A stretch of DNA of 51,167 nucleotides from a virus (lineage: Duplodnaviria > Caudoviricetes), in the IMG/VR virus record IMGVR_UViG_3300048838_000881, positions 1 through 51,167 of that record, one strand, 5' to 3'. The translations under genes were made by a program, and so were the position numbers. Positions 1 through 9,266 of this stretch are shown here, piece after piece. How positions within the stretch are numbered: position 1 is the first letter of the stretch; each line of letters starts with the position of its first letter. A model generated the notes under the pieces. The model was given only the letters and a program-made list of their open reading frames with translations. It searched no databases and had not been told where the DNA came from.

Positions 1-158
1 GAAGACAACACCGAAACTTCGACAAGTTCCACGACAACATTCCTTAACAAACTAAGCTTAACGCCCACAGATCCGTTGTCTTTCGGCAACTATCTTGTGC
101 AGTTTCAATTCCTTTGGCGCACTGCTCGTGCAGATAGAAAAATTGACATTAGAATTCG
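1..158. repeat. Terminal direct repeat / circular overlap (left copy)
   Basis: 1-158 is identical to 51010-51167 except C127 vs A51136. Confidence 0.97.
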
Positions 159-351
159 ACGTGATGGTACTGATATAGAAACCTTTAGTTTATTTACTGG
201 TACAAATACAGACTATCCTTTGTCATCAGGATTTGTAAGGCAGCCGAGCCTATCTGGTAACTATACATTTACCCTTGATTTTAAAGTGATAGGCTCTGGG
301 ACAACGGTTTATATGCGAAAGGCTCGTATGTTCATTTGGAGAATATCGTGA
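1..351 (+). CDS. 3' part of a ~249-aa Thr/Ser-rich putative virion (fibre/baseplate-associated) protein that starts at 50611 and crosses the circular junction
   Basis: Frame 1 is open from position 1 (EDNTETSTSS...) and is in frame with ATG 50611 through the overlap. The listed 76..351 ORF is only its tail. Confidence 0.8.
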   Translation, partial: EDNTETSTSSTTTFLNKLSLTPTDPLSFGNYLVQFQFLWRTARADRKIDIRIRRDGTDIETFSLFTGTNTDYPLSSGFVRQPSLSGNYTFTLDFKVIGSGTTVYMRKARMFIWRIS

Positions 352-1334
352 GCGAGTTATACACCTACGCGAAGCTTTGCAACACTAATAGACTTATTGC
401 AGAAATCCATGACTCAACGATTGTAACTGCTTTAGACTATATCAATACCTTAGATTCACCTGAGAGAACAGATATCTATTTTAAAGAAGCTTTGTCTGAG
501 CCTGATGAAACAACCTTAGATACAATCGTAGATGAACACATCAACGAACCTCTTGCTGATGATTCTGTACGATCCATGCAGATGTATTCGAAAGTAGGAA
601 GCTTGCTTATTCCTTCACCTGCCACTGACGACGGAAGAATGTTGCAGGCAACAAATCGCGTGCCGGGTGGATACTCACTGTACATCACAGGAGAAGCAGA
701 CAACATTGCTTCTGGGACTTATGGTGGCGGCACTGCACTGCAATTTGACTCGAGCAATACAACTAAAGATTTTCAGCTGCTAAATCATTTTTATGCAATC
801 GGTGCGCGAGTAAATTGGGAAGGCTGCTCGATTGCGAACTATTTCAACGCAACCCTAGTAGCCCCTGCAACAACTGGGCTTACAAATACCACGGGGGATT
901 TTAACAAATACGCAGTCACAGGGGGGAACCTCATTATCCCCGCGCCCCCTGGTGCCGGGGCCTGGTCGATGGATCTTACCGCTAAGCTAACAAACACCCA
1001 GATTCTAAAAGCTGTACCTATACCAGCCGCTGGGAATAACGGGTGGTTCGACTACAACTCAACCCTTAACGAGCTGACTGTTAATTCAGAGCAAACGGGT
1101 GGTTACAACCTCTTTGACTTTGAAATCAACCTTCATTCCTTTGGTAGAAAAATATGGGCTCAGTCGGGGGCGGGACAAAGCTCGATGGATGTAACCGATC
1201 TTGTAGGCAAGCTTCTATACAACAGCTGGAAAATAAGGCTGAGCTTTTATCTTTATAACGGCGTCCTTCAGCCAGCACAAAAAGCCAGCGTGGTATTTGT
1301 GACCTGTGCAAAAGGCAATATATCGCCAGCATGA
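348..1334 (+). CDS. Putative tail-associated structural protein
   Basis: Long ORF; probable GTG start at 348 overlaps the upstream TGA (GTGA). Gly/Thr/Asn-rich, beta-type composition; last gene of the structural block. Confidence 0.6.
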   Translation: MSELYTYAKLCNTNRLIAEIHDSTIVTALDYINTLDSPERTDIYFKEALSEPDETTLDTIVDEHINEPLADDSVRSMQMYSKVGSLLIPSPATDDGRMLQATNRVPGGYSLYITGEADNIASGTYGGGTALQFDSSNTTKDFQLLNHFYAIGARVNWEGCSIANYFNATLVAPATTGLTNTTGDFNKYAVTGGNLIIPAPPGAGAWSMDLTAKLTNTQILKAVPIPAAGNNGWFDYNSTLNELTVNSEQTGGYNLFDFEINLHSFGRKIWAQSGAGQSSMDVTDLVGKLLYNSWKIRLSFYLYNGVLQPAQKASVVFVTCAKGNISPA

Positions 1335-1870
1335 AATTACTATTTGTCCGTAGTAATAAGCTTGGCAGTCGAATTATCCGCTGGGGCCTCGGCGAGCCCG
1401 TGAGCCACGTCGCCGTCGACATCCCGGCTGGCATCTATCATAGCTACGGCACAGGGATTATAAAATCATCACGCGACGCTTTTCACGCCGTCTATACCGT
1501 GCATCGAAGCCTAGAAATCTCGTTTCCCGAGACCTTGCAGCAAGCCGCCACGGAGCTTTTTGAGAGCTACGTAAGCCCGCACGACGGCTACGATTACCCG
1601 GCGCTCGCGTTTTTCGCATTCCGCGCTATGCTTAAAAAACTGCTTCGTGTACCATTTCCTAAGACTAATCGCCTCCAGGTTATTGAATCCTTCCTATGCA
1701 CCGAGATCGTTTATCTCGTGGCACAGGTGCATGCTGAACTCGTCGGCGACGCGCTTCTTTTAGAAGTGGGCGACGATCTTGCGATGCATTCGCCCTGGGA
1801 GCTTTATCAAATCCTAGAAAAAAGGCTCGGAACGCATGCAAAAAATAATATATCTATGGATAACGACTAG
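1331..1870 (+). CDS. Permuted papain-like NlpC/P60 (YiiX/YebB-like) peptidase/amidase
   Basis: His-before-Cys order: SHVAV...IYHS...YDY...FLCTEIV. Confidence 0.75.
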   Translation: MKLLFVRSNKLGSRIIRWGLGEPVSHVAVDIPAGIYHSYGTGIIKSSRDAFHAVYTVHRSLEISFPETLQQAATELFESYVSPHDGYDYPALAFFAFRAMLKKLLRVPFPKTNRLQVIESFLCTEIVYLVAQVHAELVGDALLLEVGDDLAMHSPWELYQILEKRLGTHAKNNISMDND

Positions 1871-2726
1871 TTTTTTTCTATTTTCCTGCGGCTCCTCTAA
1901 TAAGCCCCAGCAAGGCGCCGTGCCCGAGCGCGCTGCCGAGCTAGTGGCCATGTACGAAGAGAAGCTCGCCGAGATTAAAGCCCTGCAGACCCCCGACGGC
2001 TGGGTAGGGACCGCCCACTGCGACGCAGCCCTATGGACGGGGAAGCTCGGCGCGGCGCACGGCGTCGTGATTAATTTTACGGCAGCCGAATATCCTGGCG
2101 CACCGGGTAGATTTAACCGTCGACCCGAGCCGTTCTGCGAAGAAGGGGCCGGCTCAGCGACAAGTTGGTCACGTGATATGGGCATGGGACTCCTGGCGTA
2201 TGCTTGGAAAAAGAGCGATCTTGCGCTCGCGAAACGCCACGCCGATTACGGCAAGAAAAACTATTGGAAGATGGGCGAACCCCTTTCCGACGGGCGCGTG
2301 CTCTATACGCCCGCCGTGATCGGCATGCTTTACCAGGTGATTCACGCGCTCGGCGGCGAAGATAACGTTGCTCGCTCGTGGCCCGGCGTCTATGCGCCAG
2401 GGCTTAAAGATTATGAAGCGCACCTGCAGATGCTCGGCATCTGGCTGCGCGGCGATATTGCTGAAGTCGAGCGCTCGCGCCTCACGCTCGACGTGAGCGA
2501 CGCGATGCTTGATCGCATCAAAGAGCACGCCGCACGCGAGCCGCGCTGCCCGTTCTATCAGTATCTAAACGGCACGTATGCAGGCGACCTCGGCCCCACG
2601 GTCGAGCTTCTTCTAAGCTACGATTATGTATGCGAATATTTTAGAACGGACGAGCACGACGCCGTCGCGTCGGAGTGGATTTTCGCCGCTTCTCTTACGC
2701 TTGAAAGGCTAGGCGCATGGCAATAG
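1836..2726 (+). CDS. Predicted lipoprotein of unknown function, largely alpha-helical
   Basis: N-terminal MQKIIYLWITTSFFLFSC with a lipobox-like LFSC; located in the lysis block. Confidence 0.65.
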   Translation: MQKIIYLWITTSFFLFSCGSSNKPQQGAVPERAAELVAMYEEKLAEIKALQTPDGWVGTAHCDAALWTGKLGAAHGVVINFTAAEYPGAPGRFNRRPEPFCEEGAGSATSWSRDMGMGLLAYAWKKSDLALAKRHADYGKKNYWKMGEPLSDGRVLYTPAVIGMLYQVIHALGGEDNVARSWPGVYAPGLKDYEAHLQMLGIWLRGDIAEVERSRLTLDVSDAMLDRIKEHAAREPRCPFYQYLNGTYAGDLGPTVELLLSYDYVCEYFRTDEHDAVASEWIFAASLTLERLGAWQ

Positions 2727-3103
2727 ATTCCTACAAAGATTTATTCGAGGCGATGACCGCAGCGCTTACGTTTCTCGCCGCGTTCGGCGCCTTGTGGTGG
2801 CGCATTTCAAAAAGCGCCGTTAAAACAAGCCTGGTGATGCGCGACATGGGCACGCAGCTTGAAAAGCTAACGCTTGCAAGCGCCGATCTAACGAAAAGCT
2901 TTATCACGCTCGCAACGAAGCTCGACGAGCGCGAGAAAGATATCGTAAAGCTCGAAGGCTCTATAGATACTCAGCGCAAAGATATGATTCACCTTATTTC
3001 GGCCCTTCAGCAATCAAGCGGCTCGCTAAACGCGCTTTGGCGCACGATGCAAAGCCTTTTTCCGCAAGACGTTCCGAAAAGGGCGAGCGATGAACACCGG
3101 TAG
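2717..3103 (+). CDS. Putative holin/antiholin-like membrane protein (one TM plus coiled coil)
   Basis: TM segment AMTAALTFLAAFGALWW followed by a heptad-like region; immediately upstream of the endolysin. Confidence 0.5.
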   Translation: MAIDSYKDLFEAMTAALTFLAAFGALWWRISKSAVKTSLVMRDMGTQLEKLTLASADLTKSFITLATKLDEREKDIVKLEGSIDTQRKDMIHLISALQQSSGSLNALWRTMQSLFPQDVPKRASDEHR

Positions 3104-3611
3104 CACCAGCGAACCGATACGTATCAATCGAAGCTTGCATCTGCTATTCCCCCCGTTTCGTGAGATCGTCGAGCGCGGGCTTGCTATAGCACACGCCCAG
3201 GGCCTATGGGCCTACGTCTTCGAGGGCTGGCGTTCGACCGAGCGCCAGGCTTATCTTTATGCCCAGGGGCGCACGACGCCCGGCGCGAAGGTCACCTGGG
3301 TTAAGCCGGGGTTTTCACTGCATCAATACGGCCTTGCCGTCGACCTCGTCTTCGACAAGTTTCCCCTTCAAGCGGGCCTGCAATGGACCTGGGAGGGCGG
3401 CTATTCTGACGCAAACGGCGACAATTATGATAAGCTAGCTAGAATCATGAAAGCCGAGGGCCTCGAATGGCTTGGGGATAAAAATATTGAGCGCGCGCAC
3501 TTCCAGCTCACGACCGGACTCACGATTCAAGAAATCAAGACGATTGCCGATGCGAGGGGCACCCTTGGCGCGTGGGACGAAATCGAGCGACGACTTTTCA
3601 AGCGCGCATAA
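3090..3611 (+). CDS. Endolysin, M15 family L-Ala-D-Glu peptidase (CwlK-like)
   Basis: EGWRSTERQAYLYAQGRT, SLHQYGLAVD and ERAHFQL Zn-peptidase motifs. Confidence 0.9.
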   Translation: MNTGSTSEPIRINRSLHLLFPPFREIVERGLAIAHAQGLWAYVFEGWRSTERQAYLYAQGRTTPGAKVTWVKPGFSLHQYGLAVDLVFDKFPLQAGLQWTWEGGYSDANGDNYDKLARIMKAEGLEWLGDKNIERAHFQLTTGLTIQEIKTIADARGTLGAWDEIERRLFKRA

Positions 3612-3633
3612 TATGCACAAAAGAGGAATAAAA

Positions 3634-4020
3634 ATGAAAACCATAGCCCTGCTTATCATCCTAGCCCTTGCCGCTCTTTCGCCCATGCTTGCAGCTGCCG
3701 GGGGCGACGCTGCCCTTGAAGTCGTCGAAGCGCTGCCCGACGAATGCACGGGCTTCGTCTGCACGGCCATGGCGAATTTCCCAGAAATAAACGCCTGGCT
3801 CATAGCTATATTCACGTTCCTAGCGATATCGCTGCGCGCGCTTGCTGAATTCATAACGTTCGTCGGCCATCGTCTGAATAATGAAAAGACCGGGCAGCTC
3901 GGCAATAAAATTGAATCTTTCGCGCGCTGGGCTGCTCAAATCCTCGGCTGGTTCGGCGCCGGGACGCCGAAGGTCACAAAAGAAAAGCTGGGGCAAAAAG
4001 TGAATGAGCCAAAAGCTTGA
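3634..4020 (+). CDS. Putative holin-like membrane protein with N-terminal signal-like segment
   Basis: ATG 3634 has SD GAGGA; hydrophobic N-terminus plus further hydrophobic segments; follows the endolysin. Confidence 0.6.
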   Translation: MKTIALLIILALAALSPMLAAAGGDAALEVVEALPDECTGFVCTAMANFPEINAWLIAIFTFLAISLRALAEFITFVGHRLNNEKTGQLGNKIESFARWAAQILGWFGAGTPKVTKEKLGQKVNEPKA

Positions 4021-4306
4021 TGAAAAAACAGACAGCGCCCTAACGAAGCTTGGGCTTCTCGCCAAGCTTCTCGGTCTTCTCGAAAGACTGCTTCCCGCCT
4101 TTCTCGTGGCGTGGAATAATGAGCTACGAAATAGAGCAAAGAAAGCTGAGTTTAAAGCTGAAAAACTAGACAGCGATCTAAAAATAACGCGCCATAAACT
4201 TTTGCTCGACTATAGAAATCATGGTATAAAAAATGAAGAAATCATTGATAATTTTCTTAAGCGCAAGTCTCGCTCTACTTCCAACGAGGACGACCCTAGC
4301 CGGTGA
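4004..4306 (+). CDS. Putative i-spanin (Rz)-like protein
   Basis: N-proximal hydrophobic helix followed by a basic coiled coil; position in the lysis cassette. Confidence 0.45.
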   Translation: MSQKLDEKTDSALTKLGLLAKLLGLLERLLPAFLVAWNNELRNRAKKAEFKAEKLDSDLKITRHKLLLDYRNHGIKNEEIIDNFLKRKSRSTSNEDDPSR

Positions 4307-4631
4307 TATTTCACGCGGCGGGCAGGCAAATGAGCCTGGTGCCCCAGGGGGGATGGTTAAGAGCGACGACTTGCGCACGCTTTCGCCCGACGAGTGCTTT
4401 GCGCAAAAGCTCACGTGCGCATGCTATACGCCGCAAGCGACAAGTTATATAGCGCAAGAGCTTCTAGAATGCCAGATTGAGCGCTATAGCCTCGAAGAAT
4501 ACAGCAAGCTTATAGAAATAAAAGCCGCGTCGCCCTGGTACGAAGACCCCAGTTTTATTGTCGGCTCCGTAGTCGTTAGCTTTTCCGTCGGCGCGCTGCT
4601 AGGCTATCTCGTAACCAAGAGAAATCTCTAG
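4233..4631 (+). CDS. Exported Cys-containing protein with C-terminal TM anchor (possible spanin partner)
   Basis: Signal peptide MKKSLIIFLSASLALL, 4 Cys, C-terminal TM FIVGSVVVSFSVGALLGYLV; overlaps the previous gene. Confidence 0.55.
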   Translation: MKKSLIIFLSASLALLPTRTTLAGDISRGGQANEPGAPGGMVKSDDLRTLSPDECFAQKLTCACYTPQATSYIAQELLECQIERYSLEEYSKLIEIKAASPWYEDPSFIVGSVVVSFSVGALLGYLVTKRNL

Positions 4632-4668
4632 TTCGCGACCTTCGTCGGGCATTAGTCTCCGGCGGGGG

Positions 4669-4824
4669 TTATTTTACTTTCTTAATAGTGCTGGCAAACA
4701 GAATTTCTTGGCAAGTCGGCGCGTGTTTTTTCGATTTCACGAAATCCACGGCCCAAAAGATCGGCGTTAGTGCCAGGCCCATGAGCGCAAGCACAGCGAA
4801 TTTAAATAAGCTTTCTTTTTCCAT
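4669..4824 (-). CDS. Small membrane protein (51 aa, not in the ORF track)
   Basis: MEKESLFKFAVLALMGLALTPIFWAVDFVK..., SD AGAGG upstream, one TM. Confidence 0.55.
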   Translation of the reverse strand: MEKESLFKFAVLALMGLALTPIFWAVDFVKSKKHAPTCQEILFASTIKKVK

Positions 4825-4900
4825 GACAAAACCTCTGTTTTTTGGTTAGCTATCAATAATTATATCATCATTTACCAACACAGAAAAAGGGTTAAAACCT

Positions 4901-5107
4901 ATGCAAGAAGAAGTAAGCCAAACCACTGAAGAAAACACAGCTGTTAAGCGCGCTAATTATTATGTGGCGCAGATTGCTGAAAGCTTCCCGACGAAGCGCG
5001 ATCTATTAAACTATCTTAACGCACGCGGCGGGCTCGGTGAAGGTCAAGCTGTTATTAGGGGGCTAGAGGTAAAACCGGAAGTTCGGCAGGTTTTTGATTT
5101 CAACTAA
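4901..5107 (+). CDS. Hypothetical protein
   Basis: ORF with a purine-rich RBS, divergent from the 4824 gene. Confidence 0.6.
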   Translation: MQEEVSQTTEENTAVKRANYYVAQIAESFPTKRDLLNYLNARGGLGEGQAVIRGLEVKPEVRQVFDFN

Positions 5108-5421
5108 GCGCGATCTATTTCGACAAGCGCCGAATAAATAAAATCCCAATTACCTGGCGTTATCACGTAAGCGAGCCCGCCAGCTTTAATTATCTCTTTA
5201 AGCACGAAATCTTGCAGCGGATATTTTTCTTCGAAATTCACCCCCTGGCGATCGTCACGCTTAAGCTCCAGGGCGAAGAAATTACCGCGCAGACAGATTA
5301 TAAAATCCGGAACACCACGGCGCGCGACTTCTTGGGTTTTAAAAAACCAGCAATTCTTTAGCGCGTTTAAATCGTCGCGCACAATTTTAACTAGATCGGA
5401 TTCACGTTTCACGAGTCGCAA
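5104..5421 (-). CDS. VRR-NUC / PD-(D/E)XK Holliday-junction-resolvase-like nuclease
   Basis: ESDL...GVPDF...FFALELKR...LQ...I..AGG pattern. Confidence 0.85.
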   Translation of the reverse strand: MRLVKRESDLVKIVRDDLNALKNCWFFKTQEVARRGVPDFIICLRGNFFALELKRDDRQGVNFEEKYPLQDFVLKEIIKAGGLAYVITPGNWDFIYSALVEIDRA

Positions 5422-7222
5422 GGCTAGGGCTTCCTTTGATTTTATCCGCCCAGGATACCCAGCTATGGGAAACTTCGCAAGTAAGAGGAACGAGCGCGTC
5501 GGGAATATACGAGTTTTCCATCACGTGTTTTATATCTTCAAATAAATGAAAATCTTCCGGGTACGCGTTAAAGATAAGCTCGTCATGCACTTGCAAGATC
5601 ATTTGCGAGCGACGGCCTTTTAAAATATCCGCTACGCGCGGCATTGCGCGGCGCACGACCTGCGCGCAGCCGCCCTGAATCAAATGATTCGGCGCCGTGT
5701 ACGCAAAATCTGGGTCCGGGTAATGCGTGACGTAGCCGGCCCAATTATAAATGCGCTTCGCATCCGTCGCCACGCGGATTACGCGCCGCGAGAACTGGCG
5801 AACCGTCGGCAGCGCACTGAAATAGCGCTCCTTAAGCTTCTTCGCCTCCATGCGCGAGATCTTGAGCATGTTTGCAAGTTTATCAACCCCGCCGCCGTAA
5901 AGAAGCATAAAGTTCAATGTTTTTGAGTAGTTACGACTCACACGCATCATTTGCGCCGTTGCCTCGTGAACGTCGAGCCCCCCGTTTATAAGCTTTGCTA
6001 ACGCATGATCGCGTGCGTAATCGACCATCATGCGATACTCCATTTGCGAGTAATCAATCATCACCAAGCAGCTTTCGCTATCGAACGGCACGACGGCTCG
6101 CCGCACGGGATACGGCCCCGATTCTTCTTTGGGCAATTGCTGGAGTGGCGGGTCAGCGATCGAGAAGCGACCCGTCTCGGTGCCGGCAATACGAAAATTA
6201 GCGTGGATTCGTCCAAAGTGGTCGGAAAAATGAAGAAAATTTAGGAAATAAGAGGACGTAACTTTTGCGGCTTCTCGGTAGGCTCGAACCACGCTAGCGA
6301 GCGGGCTCGTAAAGCCTGCTAGCACATCATCGGTAAAGCTCGGATTTCCCTTAGCTGTCAACGGAAATTTTTCGTTTACCCTAGTGAACGCTTCGACGAG
6401 CACCTTTGCCGAATCGACGAATTCAAGGCCCGCGATATTATAAAAATCTCTAGCTTTCTCAGCCATTACACCCTGATAATGCTTGATCGCAGCTTGCGTG
6501 TACGGCAGATCAATTTGAACGCCCACGCGCTCCATATCGAAGCATACTCGCGTAAGTCGCATATCGTTTGCGTGCAATTCGCCGCGCCGTTTATATACAG
6601 CTGGCGTCTCGATATCAAGCTGCGCTAGCCGCGCCGTTTGCCAGCTGCCGAGCTGATGCGTCACGCGCCCGTCTTGCTCGCCGTATTCGCTAATGATATG
6701 AAACGGCACGCGATCGAAATGCTTGTTCTTCTTTTTCGCTTTTTTCCCGTGCGGTACGTGCATCGTATAAAGCTTGTGCTTATCAATATACTCGTCGACG
6801 ATCTTCGATTTCGCAAGCCCCACGCGCTTAGCGCATTGATCAAGCGTATAACTTAGATGATTGCTTTCTAGAAGCCTGGCGCACACCTCCGTATCATGCA
6901 CCGCGCCCGCGACCTCCAGGCCCTCATTTAAAAGCATGCCCATATCGAATTTAGCGTTGTGCATATACCAGAGCGATGCAGGATTTGAAAACACGGGCTC
7001 AAGGCGCGCAAGCCATTCGCGGGGCAGCACCCAGTCGTCGGCAAGGCCGTCGTAGGGCTTGAAATTTAGATAAAAACTCTCCGCCGCATCGGCAAGGATA
7101 ATTGAGAAAAGTCGATCACCCTGATATGGCCTAAGCCCCGTCGTCTCTGTATCGGCGGCATAAATGCCGGCCGGAGAGAACCGAGCGACGAGCGCTTCAA
7201 AGTTTGCGCGACGAACGATCAT
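5402..7222 (-). CDS. polA: DNA polymerase family A (3'-5' exonuclease plus polymerase)
   Basis: Exo DTETTG and HNAKFD; TETGRFS; motif A DYSQMEYR; motif B KTLNFMLLYG (Phe at the E. coli 762-equivalent position); motif C LQVHDEL. Confidence 0.97.
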   Translation of the reverse strand: MIVRRANFEALVARFSPAGIYAADTETTGLRPYQGDRLFSIILADAAESFYLNFKPYDGLADDWVLPREWLARLEPVFSNPASLWYMHNAKFDMGMLLNEGLEVAGAVHDTEVCARLLESNHLSYTLDQCAKRVGLAKSKIVDEYIDKHKLYTMHVPHGKKAKKKNKHFDRVPFHIISEYGEQDGRVTHQLGSWQTARLAQLDIETPAVYKRRGELHANDMRLTRVCFDMERVGVQIDLPYTQAAIKHYQGVMAEKARDFYNIAGLEFVDSAKVLVEAFTRVNEKFPLTAKGNPSFTDDVLAGFTSPLASVVRAYREAAKVTSSYFLNFLHFSDHFGRIHANFRIAGTETGRFSIADPPLQQLPKEESGPYPVRRAVVPFDSESCLVMIDYSQMEYRMMVDYARDHALAKLINGGLDVHEATAQMMRVSRNYSKTLNFMLLYGGGVDKLANMLKISRMEAKKLKERYFSALPTVRQFSRRVIRVATDAKRIYNWAGYVTHYPDPDFAYTAPNHLIQGGCAQVVRRAMPRVADILKGRRSQMILQVHDELIFNAYPEDFHLFEDIKHVMENSYIPDALVPLTCEVSHSWVSWADKIKGSPSLATRET

Positions 7223-7655
7223 TCTGTAGCACTCGAATCAAGATTTCAGCGAGCAGCGCCATGCTTACGCCAGCGCGTGCAGCTAGGACCTCTAAATATG
7301 ATTTAGCAGCTACAGATATGCGACAAAAAAACGGTTTTAGCTCGTCTTCATCGCTTGGCGTGTAGCTTTTAATTGCATCCGCAAGCCATCGCGGGACGCC
7401 CTTCGAACCGTGTTCGCGTTTTATATCGAGGATAAATAAATCCATAAACTGCGAGCCGTTCGTGCCCATCGCGCGCGATACCTTGCCTATGAATTCAATC
7501 TGGCTCTCCGGAATGCGCACGAATAAGCTTACGGATTTTTCTTTAACGCTATTGCGAATGCTTTCTTGTATATTTTCTAGCCAATAATTACCGTCTTGTA
7601 TGCCGCCGCTACCGGCTGGCTTTCTAGTGCTGCTTGTCTTAGCTGTTTGACCCAT
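7197..7655 (-). CDS. Putative tandem ribbon-helix-helix DNA-binding protein (start uncertain)
   Basis: Two RHH-like units: SLFVRIPESQIEFIGKVSRAMGTNGSQFM and PFFCRISVAAKSYLEVLAARAGVSMALLAE. Confidence 0.6.
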   Translation of the reverse strand: MGQTAKTSSTRKPAGSGGIQDGNYWLENIQESIRNSVKEKSVSLFVRIPESQIEFIGKVSRAMGTNGSQFMDLFILDIKREHGSKGVPRWLADAIKSYTPSDEDELKPFFCRISVAAKSYLEVLAARAGVSMALLAEILIRVLQNDRSSRKL

Positions 7656-8296
7656 CGTTTATTTCCCCCGTCCCATCTAAAGCCGTTGCGTTTCGCTTCG
7701 TCCGTGCTCGCGCCACCGTCTTCCCACGGCTTTGCGCAGAGAGCTTGTACCGTCACGACGGGGCTACGTGCGCTTGCGAGCACGTCTTTGATATCATAAC
7801 TGCTAGCAACGCGCAACATCGTCAGCACGTCGAAAAGCGCACGATGAGCGAACGGATTTAGAAAGCCGTGGTCGGCGGCCAGATGCCCCAGCGCGCGCGA
7901 TTTAAAGCGCGCAAGCGGCAAATCAAGCATCGTATCTATCCACGTGCGATCGGGCAGCAGCACGCCGAGTCGTGCGAAATTAGATGCTAGAATAGGCTTA
8001 TCAAAGCCAAGGCCGTTATGCGCCATGATATAATTGCACGACTTTGCGATATCTATGAAACGCGATGCGACTTCCTCCCACGGGCGCCCATAATCGTGCA
8101 AATCATCGCTCGTGATACCTGTAATCTCTGAAATTTCAGCCGCGATCGGTTTTTCGATCTTCACAAGATCAGATTGCATCATGACCGGGCAGCGTCGATC
8201 GACGTCCCAGATCACGGCAGCAAGCTCGATGATTTCGTCTTTATTCGTATCAAGTCCCGTCGTCTCAACATCCACGCCACAAATTAAAAGACTCAT
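7577..8296 (-). CDS. DEDDh 3'-5' exonuclease (DnaQ/epsilon-like)
   Basis: DVETTG, AHNGLGFD and HRALFD motifs; C-terminal GFRWD...W domain. Confidence 0.92.
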   Translation of the reverse strand: MSLLICGVDVETTGLDTNKDEIIELAAVIWDVDRRCPVMMQSDLVKIEKPIAAEISEITGITSDDLHDYGRPWEEVASRFIDIAKSCNYIMAHNGLGFDKPILASNFARLGVLLPDRTWIDTMLDLPLARFKSRALGHLAADHGFLNPFAHRALFDVLTMLRVASSYDIKDVLASARSPVVTVQALCAKPWEDGGASTDEAKRNGFRWDGGNKRWVKQLRQAALESQPVAAAYKTVIIG

Positions 8297-8532
8297 TCAT
8301 AGACCTTTCTTGCTCTAAATTTAGCGCATATCTCACAGCGCTCGATATCGACCGCGCGATCAACGCCGACTAGTTTTTTATCACAGCTCCAGCGTGCCGT
8401 GCACGTGGGACATATCTTAACGTATCCCGTATCCGCCGCAAATACGCCATGCGACGTGTTTTTTAAAGCACGTGGCAACGACTCCGGTTTTACTTTCTTA
8501 GATGGCACGCCCGTCGACTGCATCGGTATCAT
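8293..8532 (-). CDS. Small Zn-finger protein
   Basis: CPTC...CEIC; start uncertain. Confidence 0.55.
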   Translation of the reverse strand: MIPMQSTGVPSKKVKPESLPRALKNTSHGVFAADTGYVKICPTCTARWSCDKKLVGVDRAVDIERCEICAKFRARKVYE

Positions 8533-9265
8533 GTAATTCGGTTTCAGAAATGCTCCTTAGATCAGAATCATCTACTTTCACGCTTGCTGTTTGAATCATA
8601 TCGAACCAGCCCTTAACGGCCTCTAATTCTTCTGGCGTCGTATCGCGTCCCTGTACGACGTCAAACACGTAGAACGTCCCTAGATCGTTCTCCGTTTTCA
8701 TAGCCGATAGCTCGAAGCATTTTGATGCGAGCGGGCGCTTGAACATCTTTAGCTTTTCTTTTGCCGTCACCAGCTTTTTTCCAGCCTTATAGCTTGTGCG
8801 TCGAAACGAAAGCATATACGGCATGAAGCTGCCCTCTTTAATCTCGCTCGCGACGAGCACGTAAAAATTTAAGCATTGATCGCGGCGCACGTTTACGCCG
8901 TTAACGTTTGCCGTCCATTCCCAGTTGCAATTTTCCGGCCCCCACGGCACCGTCTCTTTATATTCGAGCTTGCCCTTTGATTCCTCGAAGATTGCCCACG
9001 TCTTCGTCGAATGAAACGGGATGACTTCGAGCTTACCTTCTTTCGCGGCTAAGAGCCTACCGTCAAGCGACTCGCGAAGCTCGCCCATCATTGCTTTCCC
9101 GTCGGCGACGAGATCGCTGAGCCCCTGCATGACAAGGATTTTCGGAAGGATAATATCCTTTACGTCCGTTTGATCGTCGACCGACATTAGGCCCGCATAC
9201 TGTTCGGCCATGGCCAACTCTTTTTTCTCATCGGCTGCTTTCGCTAACTCTGTTTTCTTGCTCAT
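8498..9265 (-). CDS. Putative single-stranded DNA-binding/annealing protein
   Basis: Position in the PolA-SNF2 module, aromatic beta-rich core, acidic C-terminal tail. Confidence 0.6.
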   Translation of the reverse strand: MSKKTELAKAADEKKELAMAEQYAGLMSVDDQTDVKDIILPKILVMQGLSDLVADGKAMMGELRESLDGRLLAAKEGKLEVIPFHSTKTWAIFEESKGKLEYKETVPWGPENCNWEWTANVNGVNVRRDQCLNFYVLVASEIKEGSFMPYMLSFRRTSYKAGKKLVTAKEKLKMFKRPLASKCFELSAMKTENDLGTFYVFDVVQGRDTTPEELEAVKGWFDMIQTASVKVDDSDLRSISETELHDTDAVDGRAI

Positions 9266-9266
9266 C

